In this document: positions 46,844 to 55,483 of the stretch, in pieces | Layout of the letters: every line of letters starts with the position of its first letter | How positions within the stretch are numbered: position 1 is the first letter of the stretch | Source: Bdellovibrio sp. | GTDB lineage: Bacteria; Bdellovibrionota; Bdellovibrionia; Bdellovibrionales; Bdellovibrionaceae | Length of the DNA: 64,000 nucleotides | Direction of reading: 5' to 3' | Assembly: GCA_036677065.1 (NCBI GenBank) | Contig: JAKFBS010000004.1 | Location: 32,001-96,000, forward strand | Notes under the pieces: generated by a model | The model's input: only the letters and a program-made list of their open reading frames with translations | The model's database searches: none | Told to the model about the DNA's origin: nothing | Translations under genes and position numbers: made by a program

Positions 46844-47725
46844 TTAGCTTGCTTGTAATTTAGCGATACGTTGGGCTAATGGAGGATGCGTTCTTAGCAG
46901 ATCGATGAATTTTGCTTTACGATCTGAAATTTGGAACGTAGCAAGTGGTTGCTCTTCAGGAATAGGTGCTGTTTCGTTTTGTAAACGTTGAAGCGCTCTG
47001 ATCATTTTATCTTTACCACCAAGGCGGGCTCCGCCAGCATCGGCACGGAATTCACGGTGACGTGAAAACGCAGTAACGACAAACATACCTAAAATATTAA
47101 ACACGATATCTAAAATTAAAGTCGCTACCCAGCGAACTGTGTGTGCGCTTTTTTCTTCAACTTGCGTTGAAAGTAAATGACCGATCACGCGCGCTAAGAA
47201 CATGCCGAACGCATTCACTACACCTTGCACAAGTGTCATGGTGACCATGTCACCGTTGGCAACGTGGGCGATTTCGTGGGCGATAACGCCTTCGACTTCG
47301 TCTTTGTTCATTTTATTCATTAAGCCTGTTGATACAGCGACTAAAGAATTTGAACGACTTGGGCCTGTGGCAAAAGCATTCATTTCTGGGCTGTCGAAGA
47401 TTCCGACTTCAGGCATTTTAGATAATTCGGCATTTCTGGCCAAACGGTAAACCGTTTGAATAAGCCACTGCGCTTCAGGTTCACGCGCATCTGCGGGAAT
47501 AATTTTTACTCCCATCATTCTTTTTGCCATGAATTTCGACAACAATAGAGAAATAAAAGCACCACCAAAACCCCAAACTAAACAGAATGCAGCAAGCGAG
47601 GCGTAATTAATGCCATAAGCTTGTAAGTAGGGCTGAACGCCTAAAACATTAAGAATAATGTTAATGGTGATCATGATTAGGAGGTTAGTAATAATTAACA
47701 TCCCGTAACGCTTTAAAAAGTTCAT
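46844..47725 (-). CDS. htpX: Protease HtpX (M48)
   Basis: NAFATG, HEIAHVANGDMVT, FSRHREFRAD, THPPL. Confidence 0.96.
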   Translation of the reverse strand: MNFLKRYGMLIITNLLIMITINIILNVLGVQPYLQAYGINYASLAAFCLVWGFGGAFISLLLSKFMAKRMMGVKIIPADAREPEAQWLIQTVYRLARNAELSKMPEVGIFDSPEMNAFATGPSRSNSLVAVSTGLMNKMNKDEVEGVIAHEIAHVANGDMVTMTLVQGVVNAFGMFLARVIGHLLSTQVEEKSAHTVRWVATLILDIVFNILGMFVVTAFSRHREFRADAGGARLGGKDKMIRALQRLQNETAPIPEEQPLATFQISDRKAKFIDLLRTHPPLAQRIAKLQAS

Positions 47726-47934
47726 CTGGTTCTCCTGCGTGTATTAAACACGACTTAAATACTTACCATAAAGGTGAGTTGTTATAGTTTAGAGTCAAGT
47801 TGGGGAATGCGCAAATGCAAACGAACTGAGCAAGCGGGTGCATTACATTGGGATGGTTCCAATCTGGCGCTGGACCGCTCTAATACGCTTTTATTTGTGG
47901 TAACTGCCTAGGGTATTTGTTATATTTTTTTCGC

Positions 47935-49035
47935 ATGAAAAAAACGTCAGTTTCATCTTCGAAAAAGTCTGCATCAGCAAACAAAGCTTTGCTGGTGAAA
48001 AATAAACCCGTTGAAAAATCTAAGCAGCCCGCAAAAATTAATTTTGGCGGGTTAAGCAAAGAAATTTTATTAACGATGCATTCGCACATGGTGAAAACTC
48101 GCGTGCTTGAAGAGCGTTTAATTAAAATCTATCGCGCCGGAGAATCATTTTTCTGGATCGGTGGGCCCGGTGAAGAAGCATGGGGAGTTCCATTGGGAAT
48201 GTTGGCTAAAAAAGGCCAAGGCCCTGAATATGATTATTTACATTTACACTATCGCTGTTCGCCGACGCTGATCGCGATGGGATTAGAGATGGTTGATTCG
48301 ATTCGTTTAATGATGAATCGTGTGACTGATCCTAATACTGGCGGAAGAAACTTTTCGAATCACTTTGCTATTTCGAAATGGAATATTGCACCCGTGACTT
48401 CGCCGTTAGAAGTGCAATACCCAATCGCTTGCGGAACTGCTCATGTGCAAAAACGTACGGGTAAAAAAGCTATCACGATCGTAACTGGTGGTGATGCGGG
48501 AACTGCAGAAGGTGACTTTGCATCAAGCTTGATTTTAGCTTCACGCAAAGGCCAAGAGCTTCCGATGTTAATCACGGTACAAAATAACAAATGGGGAATT
48601 TCGACTTGCTACGATGGTCAACATGGCGAAAATTTTATCGCTGATCGCGCGCGTGCATTTAATATTAAAGCACAAGTGATCAACGGCAATGACCCCGTTG
48701 AAGTTTACTTAACGGTAAAAGAAGATATGGAATACATTCGTAAAACAGGTAAGCCTGCCTTTATCGAAGCGATGGTTTCACGTTTATACGGCCATTCATC
48801 TGCATCGGGTGCAAATCCAATTCAGAACGAAGTTGATCCGGTAAAAGATTTCGAGAAAAAATTATTACAAGCTGGGCTTTTAAAAGAATCTGAAGTTAAA
48901 GAACTTTGGGCTAACTTTGAAGCTGAAGGCGTGCGCGCGACTGAAATCGCACGTTCTGAAGGTGTTCCGTCTGCAGATAGCATCTGGGAAAACACTTACG
49001 TGAATAGTGAAAATGCAGATTGGAGAAAATTCTAA
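47935..49035 (+). CDS. TPP-dependent 2-oxoacid dehydrogenase E1 alpha (branched-chain-like)
   Basis: GEEA, YR, GDAGTAEGDF...QNN.WGIS, RLYGHSS. Confidence 0.9.
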   Translation: MKKTSVSSSKKSASANKALLVKNKPVEKSKQPAKINFGGLSKEILLTMHSHMVKTRVLEERLIKIYRAGESFFWIGGPGEEAWGVPLGMLAKKGQGPEYDYLHLHYRCSPTLIAMGLEMVDSIRLMMNRVTDPNTGGRNFSNHFAISKWNIAPVTSPLEVQYPIACGTAHVQKRTGKKAITIVTGGDAGTAEGDFASSLILASRKGQELPMLITVQNNKWGISTCYDGQHGENFIADRARAFNIKAQVINGNDPVEVYLTVKEDMEYIRKTGKPAFIEAMVSRLYGHSSASGANPIQNEVDPVKDFEKKLLQAGLLKESEVKELWANFEAEGVRATEIARSEGVPSADSIWENTYVNSENADWRKF

Positions 49036-50090
49036 TGGCAAATATGGCTCAAGCTATTCGATTAGCTCTTCATTACGCTGAAAATAATTACGATTTAAAA
49101 GATGTCTTCGGACAAGACGTGGGTGCTCCGCTAGGCGGCGTTTTCACGGCCACTCAAGGTGTTAAATGCGCTTGGAATTCTCCGTTAGATGAGCGTGGAA
49201 TTATCGGCATGGCGATGGGTATTGCTATGACTGGTGATCGCTGTGTCGCTGAAATTCAATTCGTAGATTATATTTTTAATACCATCGATTTATTAAAAAT
49301 TGCCGGCAACACTTTGTGGTGCACGAACGGTCAGTTTAACTTACCAATGACTGTAATGAGTCCGGTAGGCGCAGGTATTCGTGGATCTGTGTACCATTCG
49401 CATTCATTCGATGCTTGGGCTTCGCGCTTAGCTGGATGGAAAGTGGTGATGCCTTCTAATCCGTTAGATGCTTATGGTTTATTATTATCATGTATTTTGG
49501 ATCCGAACCCGACGATGTTCTTAAAGCCTAAAGCTTTAATGCGTGTTCGTGGTGAAGAATTAATTCCTGGTGAACCGTCGGATGAAAAAGAATTAAAAAA
49601 TATGATCGATGCTCCAATCGGTGATCGTTCAACTTGGAAAGCCAACTGGCCTAAAATTCAAGAATATCTTGTTCCTTTCGGCGTGGGTAAAATCACTCGC
49701 ACCGGATCGCAAATCACTGTGGTTTCTTACGGTCGTCATTTATTACTTTGTAATGAAGTGGCTGATCAGTTAGCTGCTGAAGGTTTTTCAGTTGAAGTGA
49801 TCGATCTACGTTCGATTTACCCGTATGACTGGCAGATGATTAAATCTTCAGTGCAAAAAACCGGTCGTGTATTATTCGTCAATGAAGACACTGAAGTTAC
49901 AAACTTCGGCGAACATCTTTCGTACCGTGTAACTCAAGAATTATTTTATGAATTACAAGCTCGTCCTCGCGTAATTGCAGGAAAGCATGTTCCAGGAATT
50001 GGTTTGCATCCGAATCTTGAAGATGCCAGCGTTCCACAAAAACATGAAATCGCGGAAGCAATTCGCGAAATTTGCGGCGAAGTCCCGTAG
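49035..50090 (+). CDS. 2-oxoacid dehydrogenase E1 beta
   Basis: GQDVG, GGVF, SPLDERGI, EIQFVDY, HSHS, EVIDLRS; TAATG overlap with E1 alpha. Confidence 0.92.
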   Translation: MANMAQAIRLALHYAENNYDLKDVFGQDVGAPLGGVFTATQGVKCAWNSPLDERGIIGMAMGIAMTGDRCVAEIQFVDYIFNTIDLLKIAGNTLWCTNGQFNLPMTVMSPVGAGIRGSVYHSHSFDAWASRLAGWKVVMPSNPLDAYGLLLSCILDPNPTMFLKPKALMRVRGEELIPGEPSDEKELKNMIDAPIGDRSTWKANWPKIQEYLVPFGVGKITRTGSQITVVSYGRHLLLCNEVADQLAAEGFSVEVIDLRSIYPYDWQMIKSSVQKTGRVLFVNEDTEVTNFGEHLSYRVTQELFYELQARPRVIAGKHVPGIGLHPNLEDASVPQKHEIAEAIREICGEVP

Positions 50091-50104
50091 AAAGTTATAG
50101 ATAT

Positions 50105-50935
50105 ATGGCAAGGGCGACAACTGTGAAAAAACCTCGTGTACGTAAATTACCATTCGATAAGTATGATCTTTATTTAAATGCCGTGCAGTCTCCGGATGGA
50201 GATGTTCAGTTTTACCGCGAGCGCTACAAAGAATTTTTTGGTGCCCCGAAAAAGGGTATGACTTTGCGTGAAGACTTTTGTGCAGGCGGTGCGATTAGCT
50301 GTGAATGGGTTAAACTTCACAAAGATAACACTTCATGTGGTTTAGATCTTGATGACGAGCCAATGAATTACGGTCGTCAAAATTATATTTCAAAACTTAC
50401 ACCCGAGCAGCAAAAGCGTGTTGTCCTTATTAATAAAAATGTATTACACCCAGGGCTTCCAAAGGCTGATATCGCGGCCGCGACAAATTTTTCGTATTAT
50501 ATTTTCAGAGACCGTAAAACCTTAACGGCTTATTTTAAAAACGTTTATTCTTCGATTCAGAAAAAAGGTTTATTTATCGTTGATATGTTTGGTGGTACGG
50601 CTTGTACCGATGCTTCTCAGGATCGTATTCCAATTAGAAGCGGATTTACTTATTACTGGGAGCAAAAAGATTTCGATCCGGTAACTAATTATGCAAATTT
50701 TGGAATTCATTTTCGCTATAAAGGGAAACTGTATAAAAATGTTTTCACTTATGAATGGCGTATGTGGACCATTGCTGAAATCAGAGAAATGATGATTGAA
50801 GCAGGTTTTGACGATGCTGTTGTGTACTGGGAAGGCTCTAAGCGTGATGGTTCTGGAAATGGTATTTTCACGCGTGTAACAGAAGGCGAAGCTTGTTTAA
50901 GCTGGATTGCTTACGTTATCGGGGTTAAAAAATAA
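50105..50935 (+). CDS. Class I SAM-dependent methyltransferase-like protein
   Basis: LREDFCAGG, GLDLD, NFSY, YYWEQ, YEWRMWT. Confidence 0.75.
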   Translation: MARATTVKKPRVRKLPFDKYDLYLNAVQSPDGDVQFYRERYKEFFGAPKKGMTLREDFCAGGAISCEWVKLHKDNTSCGLDLDDEPMNYGRQNYISKLTPEQQKRVVLINKNVLHPGLPKADIAAATNFSYYIFRDRKTLTAYFKNVYSSIQKKGLFIVDMFGGTACTDASQDRIPIRSGFTYYWEQKDFDPVTNYANFGIHFRYKGKLYKNVFTYEWRMWTIAEIREMMIEAGFDDAVVYWEGSKRDGSGNGIFTRVTEGEACLSWIAYVIGVKK

Positions 50936-51309
50936 TGAAACAAACTCTAAGAATTAATTCTTATGAAGTTTGGATGAGTTTGGGGGTCACTAAAGACGAA
51001 CAAACAAATCTTCAGCCCGTGCATTTTGATATTACTTTGCAATTTGATAAACCGGTAAAAGGTTCAGCGAGCGATAATTTAGATGATGCGATTAACTATG
51101 TTGATCTTGCTTATCATATAAAAAAAGTCGCAACGACTAGGCCATTTAATTTGATTGAGAACGTTTGTTTTATTACTCATCAGCATTTGACTGAGTATTT
51201 AAAAACTCATGGCTTTACCGGCGAATTAACCACTGAAGCTACGAAAGTACGTGTTCCGGTGGTCTCATTGCTTGGTGGAGTCAAATTTACATGTCAAAGT
51301 ACAGTGTAG
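50935..51309 (+). CDS. folB: Dihydroneopterin aldolase
   Basis: GV..DE...LQ, SDNLDDAINY, LIE, K. Confidence 0.88.
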   Translation: MKQTLRINSYEVWMSLGVTKDEQTNLQPVHFDITLQFDKPVKGSASDNLDDAINYVDLAYHIKKVATTRPFNLIENVCFITHQHLTEYLKTHGFTGELTTEATKVRVPVVSLLGGVKFTCQSTV

Positions 51310-52607
51310 TTTTAGGTCTTGGATCTAATATTGAGCCGATTAAACATTTACGTTCAGCGCTGGCTGAAATTAAGCGTTTAGCCGGGGTCACTGTAGTCAA
51401 TGTTGCCAGTATTTATGAATCTGATGCACTATTGCCAGAAAATGCGCCGAAGACCTGGAATAAAAAATATTTAAATTCAGCCGTTGAATTAGAAGTCTCA
51501 AATTTTGAGCCGTTAAAATTATTAAAAGACATTAAAGCCATCGAACAAAAACTTGGTCGAGCGGGAACAGACCGCTGGGCTCCTCGTAATATCGATATTG
51601 ATATCTTATGGGTGCAAGATTTTACTTTTAACAATGAGGCTTTAAACATTCCACACGCCCAGATTTTGAATCGTCCGTTTGCTTTACTGCCGCTATTAGA
51701 ATTGCGCCCGGATTTTTCGTTTAATGAGCCAAGTTCGTCCGGAGGACAACAATACCCACAGTGGATGTGGCAAAATCCTAAACCTTTTCACACTGAAATT
51801 TCTAAAGATTATGTCTGGCCAAAGTTTGCTGGTATTCTAAATATCACCGATGATTCATTCTCGGGTGATGGCGTAATGACATCGGTCACACAGCGCCTAG
51901 GAAAGCTTCTTGATGCGGGAGCTGAGATTATTGATATCGGTGCAGAGTCGACACGGCCTGGGGCTTTAGTGATTGATCCTGACGTTGAAATCAGACGTTT
52001 GGTATTTACCTTAGATACGATTAATAAATATAAAACAGATTACAATCGCCAGTTTGAAATTTCAATTGATTCACGCAAGCCTGAAGTGATGCAGAAAATT
52101 GTGAATACCTATCACATTGATTACATCAATGATGTCGAAGGCTTTCGCCAACCACAGATGCGCGAAGTTTTAAAGTTAACTTCGGCAAAAGCAATTTGTA
52201 TGCATTCGTTTTCTGTGCCGCCGGTAAAAACTGAAACTATCCCTGAAACTGAAGATGTTTGGATTTACCTAACCAAGTGGTGGGCCGAGCAAAAAGAAAT
52301 ATTTTCGAGTGATAATATTTCTTTAGACCGTATGATTTTTGATCCGGGCATTGGTTTTGGCAAAACGCCCCAGCAGAGCGTAGATATACTAAATTACCTA
52401 GAAGGCTTTGGTAGCATTCATGAAGAAATTTATCTAGGCTATTCGCGTAAATCATTTTTAAGTCTAATGACCGATAAGCCAGCTGCTGAACGTGATCCAG
52501 AGACGGCTTTAGTGACTGAAGCCATTAATCAAGCCTATGCGCAGTATTTACGAGTGCACGATGTGGCACAGAATAAGCAAGCCCTTATAGCAAGGACGCT
52601 GTTATGA
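51291..52607 (+). CDS. folKP: Bifunctional HPPK / dihydropteroate synthase (FolK-FolP fusion)
   Basis: LGLGSN...RWAPRNIDIDIL...IPH (FolK); GILNITDDSFS, DIGAESTRPG, DPGIGFGK, SRKSF, RVHDV (FolP). Confidence 0.95.
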   Translation: MSKYSVVLGLGSNIEPIKHLRSALAEIKRLAGVTVVNVASIYESDALLPENAPKTWNKKYLNSAVELEVSNFEPLKLLKDIKAIEQKLGRAGTDRWAPRNIDIDILWVQDFTFNNEALNIPHAQILNRPFALLPLLELRPDFSFNEPSSSGGQQYPQWMWQNPKPFHTEISKDYVWPKFAGILNITDDSFSGDGVMTSVTQRLGKLLDAGAEIIDIGAESTRPGALVIDPDVEIRRLVFTLDTINKYKTDYNRQFEISIDSRKPEVMQKIVNTYHIDYINDVEGFRQPQMREVLKLTSAKAICMHSFSVPPVKTETIPETEDVWIYLTKWWAEQKEIFSSDNISLDRMIFDPGIGFGKTPQQSVDILNYLEGFGSIHEEIYLGYSRKSFLSLMTDKPAAERDPETALVTEAINQAYAQYLRVHDVAQNKQALIARTLL

Positions 52608-53863
52608 AAGAATTGATATTTAATACTGTTGTCGCCGAGCTTGAAGCTTTAAGCATTATGCCAAAGACGATGCCTGGTTTGGATAAACTAAAACAAGCCT
52701 TGCAACATAAGACTTGGTTTCAAGATCTGCCTGCAGAAAAAATTATCACGGTAGCAGGAACGAATGGCAAGGGCACGACCTGTGCTGCTTTGCAGACGTT
52801 ATTGTTATCTGCAGGTAAAAAAACAGGGTTATACACTTCGCCGCATTTAATTTCGACAACCGAAAGAATTCGCATCAATGGTGAGCCAATTTCAGAAGCC
52901 CAATTTATTGGGTTATACCAAGAAAATAAACATTTAATCGCCCAGTACGAGCTGACACATTTTGAAAGTTTAACTTTGATGGCAGCAGATTGTTTTTTCT
53001 CTGAGAATAATTTGGATTACGTGATTTTTGAAGTTGGTCTTGGCGGAACCTATGATGCCACCAATGTTTTTCCGAATCGCTATTCGATAATTACCGCGCT
53101 GGCCATGGATCACCAGAATATTTTAGGTAATACGGTCTTAGACATTGCACAGAATAAGTTTGGTATTATTAAAACTAATTCAAAAGTTATTCATCATCCA
53201 TTGCCTCCAGAAGTGTTCGCCTTATTTTCTGAAGTCTTAAGTAAAACTAACTCGCAGGCCATTGCAGCAGTTCCTGGTACCGTGACTTGTGAAAAGTCTT
53301 TTGAGCCCTATTGGTTTCTGCAAACTCCGTGGGGTAAGACTATGATTAATCTTCCGGGCCAGCGGGCTTGCGATAATATCATGACCGCACTTACGGTATT
53401 TGAAGAATTAGGTTTTGAACCGCAAGATCATTTGCATAGTTTAGAAAACATCCCGTGGCAGGGGCGTATGCAAAAAATTAAGTGGCCGCATATTCCGGCT
53501 CCGGTTTATTTGTCGGGTGATCACAATATTCAAGGCGTGCAAAGCTTGGCGCATATCTTACACTATTTTGAATGGAATGAATTGCATTTGATTGTGGGCA
53601 TTGGCCAAGATAAAGCCGCTGAAGAAATGCTGCGTATTTTATTTGCGCTACCGCGTGTGAAGCTGCATTTGACGATGACGCCATTTAAAGGTCGCACAGT
53701 GATGGATTATCCGGAAGAACTTCGTACAAAAGCGGCTAGCGAAAATGACGATGTGGTCGAACTATTAAATTCATTAACGGTCGCTAAAAATGATTTAGTC
53801 GTGGTGACTGGCTCGCTTTACTTAGTTGGCCAAGTGTTAAGCGAGCTCTCAAGTCATTCTTAG
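52604..53863 (+). CDS. folC: Folylpolyglutamate/dihydrofolate synthase
   Basis: VAGTNGKGTT, YTSPHL, EVGLGG.YDATN, DH...LG, TGSLYLVG. Confidence 0.95.
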   Translation: MKELIFNTVVAELEALSIMPKTMPGLDKLKQALQHKTWFQDLPAEKIITVAGTNGKGTTCAALQTLLLSAGKKTGLYTSPHLISTTERIRINGEPISEAQFIGLYQENKHLIAQYELTHFESLTLMAADCFFSENNLDYVIFEVGLGGTYDATNVFPNRYSIITALAMDHQNILGNTVLDIAQNKFGIIKTNSKVIHHPLPPEVFALFSEVLSKTNSQAIAAVPGTVTCEKSFEPYWFLQTPWGKTMINLPGQRACDNIMTALTVFEELGFEPQDHLHSLENIPWQGRMQKIKWPHIPAPVYLSGDHNIQGVQSLAHILHYFEWNELHLIVGIGQDKAAEEMLRILFALPRVKLHLTMTPFKGRTVMDYPEELRTKAASENDDVVELLNSLTVAKNDLVVVTGSLYLVGQVLSELSSHS

Positions 53864-54582
53864 ATAAATCCGGAATTAGCAATAGCAATAAGGGAGCTGA
53901 TCGATGTTAAGTCGCGATCAGCGTAGCGGGTCTTTTCGCGTTGGGAGAGGCGAGCAAATTCGTTCACAAGTTCGTTTAGACGATCATAAAATGCAGTTTT
54001 TGATTTTTCACTTAAGCGTAAATATGACAGGCGGTGTAAATGATCAGCGCTGTTTTTATGGTTTAAAACTTTTTTTAAAGTGTTTTCAGACCATTCGTGA
54101 TTTAGCTTCTTAACCAAAGGTCCATCGCTGGCCCAGCGAAATAAACCTTTATGTACAGATACAATTCGTTGGTTTTTTCCGATCTTAATTAGGTCTAAAT
54201 TTTCTAATTTCATTAAATAGCGTTGTAGCTGATCGTTTGTTAACTTTTCAGATTTTTTAATCACGTCTAGAGTTTTTTCTTCGACGGCTAAAAACCAATA
54301 CACCCTAAAAAGCAGGTTGTTTTCAAACAACGCGTTTTCTTGTTTTGGGCTTAAGCGCACATTTTTCACTTCGGATTCATCCGCGATTTGAAACAAATCA
54401 GCCAGGGAGAGGCCGATTAATCTTGTGATTTGTTCCACGCGGGTTAGCGAAATATCTTTGCTTGTTAAAAGTTTTTTCACGCCGGATTCGCTCATGCCGA
54501 GTTCATCTGCTAGCGCTTTGTAGGTGATTTTTTTCACCTTTAAAACCTTCTTTAACGTTTCGACCACACTGTTCTTAGCCAT
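53860..54582 (-). CDS. XRE-type HTH transcriptional regulator
   Basis: ITYKALADELGMSESGVKKLL HTH; second winged-helix-like segment (YLMKLENLDLI). Confidence 0.85.
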   Translation of the reverse strand: MAKNSVVETLKKVLKVKKITYKALADELGMSESGVKKLLTSKDISLTRVEQITRLIGLSLADLFQIADESEVKNVRLSPKQENALFENNLLFRVYWFLAVEEKTLDVIKKSEKLTNDQLQRYLMKLENLDLIKIGKNQRIVSVHKGLFRWASDGPLVKKLNHEWSENTLKKVLNHKNSADHLHRLSYLRLSEKSKTAFYDRLNELVNEFARLSQREKTRYADRDLTSISSLIAIANSGFI

Positions 54583-54620
54583 TAACATTCACCTTAATTC
54601 TGGCCTTTTTCAGGCCTAAA

Positions 54621-54637
54621 GTACCTTAATAAGGTAC
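54621..54637. promoter_or_regulatory. Inverted repeat, candidate operator
   Basis: GTACCTT-AAT-AAGGTAC between the divergent regulator and peptidase. Confidence 0.5.
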
Positions 54638-54703
54638 CTTTTAAACAAATATATAAGAAAAAGTTCAGTGTTGTTAAGATAAAAGTATAGGTTGGAGGTA
54701 AAA

Positions 54704-55483
54704 ATGAGTCGAAAGTCTAGTTTGATTAAAAATTCTGAAGATATAAAAGCCATGCGCAAAGCTTGTGGTATCTCAGCACAGTTGCACACGTTATCCATGA
54801 CAGGAGCGGTTTCGGGGTTGTCTGAAAAAAATCTCGCAGATAAACTTGTAAGATTTTATAACACCACTGAAGCTGCAAGTTGGGCGTACCCGATGTTGGT
54901 TGGGAGCGGAAAACGCACGACGATTATTCACGCAAAGCCCACGCAAAAGAAAATGCAATCGGGTGAATTAGTGTTAATTGATATGGGCGTAAAAACTGAT
55001 GGCTTTGCCTCAGACATCACGCGCACTTGGCCAGTTGATAAAAAATTTACGCGCGAGCAGAAAACAATTTATCAAATTGTGTTAAATGCGCAGCAGGCTG
55101 TAATCAAAGCGGCTAAGCCTGGACAAACGCTGACTGGCTTACATGAATTATCACGTCAATATCTGTTAGACGGATTATTACGTCATAAAATTATTGGCAA
55201 AGATGAATTGAGTGAGGTTTTTCCACATAAGACATCGCATTGGATTGGGCGCTTAGTTCATGATGCGTGTCCATACTTTAATGAAGACCAAACCGCGGTG
55301 AAGTTAGATGCAGGAATGGTTTTTACCGTAGAGCCAGGATTATATTTAAAAGATAGTTACGGAAAATACAGCAACATCGGAATTCGTATCGAAGATGTGG
55401 TGCTAGTCACTGAAGATGGTTGTGAAGTCATCTCCAGTGTAGCCAAAGAAATTGAAGAGATCGAAGCGCTTAGAGCTTACTAA
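54704..55483 (+). CDS. M24 Xaa-Pro aminopeptidase, catalytic domain only
   Basis: LIDMG..FASDITRT, HKTSHWIG..VHD, TVEPG, GIRIED; SD GGAGG. Confidence 0.9.
   Translation: MSRKSSLIKNSEDIKAMRKACGISAQLHTLSMTGAVSGLSEKNLADKLVRFYNTTEAASWAYPMLVGSGKRTTIIHAKPTQKKMQSGELVLIDMGVKTDGFASDITRTWPVDKKFTREQKTIYQIVLNAQQAVIKAAKPGQTLTGLHELSRQYLLDGLLRHKIIGKDELSEVFPHKTSHWIGRLVHDACPYFNEDQTAVKLDAGMVFTVEPGLYLKDSYGKYSNIGIRIEDVVLVTEDGCEVISSVAKEIEEIEALRAY

Noticed and set aside
47810..47880. GC-richer imperfect stem upstream of E1 alpha as a riboswitch
   Set aside because: No TPP or other riboswitch consensus recognised; pairing is weak.
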